Of a stretch of DNA of 46,242 bases, positions 46,205 to 46,242 are shown one piece after another. Below the pieces are notes generated by a model. The model worked only from the letters and a program-made list of their open reading frames with translations. It made no database searches and was not told the DNA's origin. The position numbers and the translations under genes are program-made. The stretch is from positions 2,823 through 49,064 of the forward strand of contig CAZUZU010000001.1 in assembly GCA_964624865.1 (NCBI GenBank), given 5' to 3'. Within the stretch, counting starts at the first letter, position 1. Every line of letters starts with the position of its first letter. This DNA is from an uncultured archaeon (GTDB lineage: Archaea > Thermoplasmatota > Penumbrarchaeia > CAZUZU01).

Positions 46205-46242
46205 GAGAACAACAGCTACCTCAGCAACTGGAGCAGCGAAGA
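46205..46242 (+). repeat. Terminal copy of the 38-nt exact repeat, running off the window end
   Basis: A character-by-character comparison with 41675-41712 gives 38/38 identity. Identity stops abruptly at 46204 (t) versus 41674 (g). The extent beyond 46242 is unknown. Confidence 0.95.

Noticed and set aside
45714-46242. The minus ORF 45714..46145 (143 aa) and an unlisted + ORF from ATG 45821 running off the window end in frame with the 38-nt repeat
   Set aside because: Both translate to Arg/Gly/Pro/Cys-rich sequence without domain-like features in a GC-rich stretch, where long chance ORFs are expected. I still note the frame continuity of the + ORF with the repeat in the findings, because it could matter if the downstream copy is expressed.
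41675-46242. Diversity-generating retroelement (template and variable repeat pair) as an explanation for the 38-nt repeat
   Set aside because: There is no reverse transcriptase or Avd-like gene in the window. The two copies are identical at all adenines, so there is no A-specific mismatch pattern. The internal copy is not at the C-terminus or in a C-type-lectin-like variable region. This cannot be fully excluded without sequence beyond 46242.

Overview
This is an archaeal chromosomal window. Markers are Pus10, purS-purL, A/T-rich TATA-like boxes about 25-30 nt upstream of several start codons, and GGAGG-type ribosome-binding sites on internal operon genes. I hand-counted GC on single 60-nt lines; it is mostly about 50-60% with strong local deviations.

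The first 11.6 kb is housekeeping or ordinary metabolism:
- a TctA-like permease cut by the window edge and missing from the ORF track
- a membrane protein, a SerB-like HAD phosphatase, purL and purS
- pus10
- an SDR / NAD-epimerase-family / class-3 aldehyde dehydrogenase operon
- panE

The remaining 35 kb is a cell-envelope and accessory region:
- a 2,410-aa type-I membrane adhesin with about 17 Ig-like modules, a thrombospondin type-3 (TSP3) calcium-repeat array, and a repeat-bearing cytoplasmic tail
- an operon of a membrane-anchored M14 carboxypeptidase, two SLC6/LeuT-type transporters and a small membrane protein
- a minus-strand cluster of a KaiC-like ATPase, a beta-sandwich surface glycoprotein and an Fcf1-like PIN protein
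- a REC-PAS-DUF835-HTH regulator
- a single 4,990-5,002-codon ORF encoding a mosaic surface protein with beta-helix blocks, jelly-roll/LamG domains, an FG-GAP propeller and TSP3 repeats

The most interesting signal is at the 3' end of the giant ORF:
- The last 2.9 kb of the ORF and a translationally coupled 189-aa membrane protein are encoded in sharply lower-GC DNA with different codon choice.
- The tip carries an archaemetzincin-like HEXXH...HC-x4-C-x-M...CXXC signature.
- A GC-rich, apparently non-coding 575-nt spacer follows and ends in a hairpin plus a T-rich run.
- The window then ends with a 38-nt exact, in-frame copy of an internal segment of the giant gene (41675-41712), just upstream of the composition break.

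I read this as a candidate C-terminal cassette-switching locus, like bacterial polymorphic-effector and orphan-module loci. An assembly artefact at a repeat is the main alternative.

I found no rRNA, tRNA, CRISPR array, transposase, integrase or reverse transcriptase by eye. All family assignments come from motif recognition only; no searches were run.
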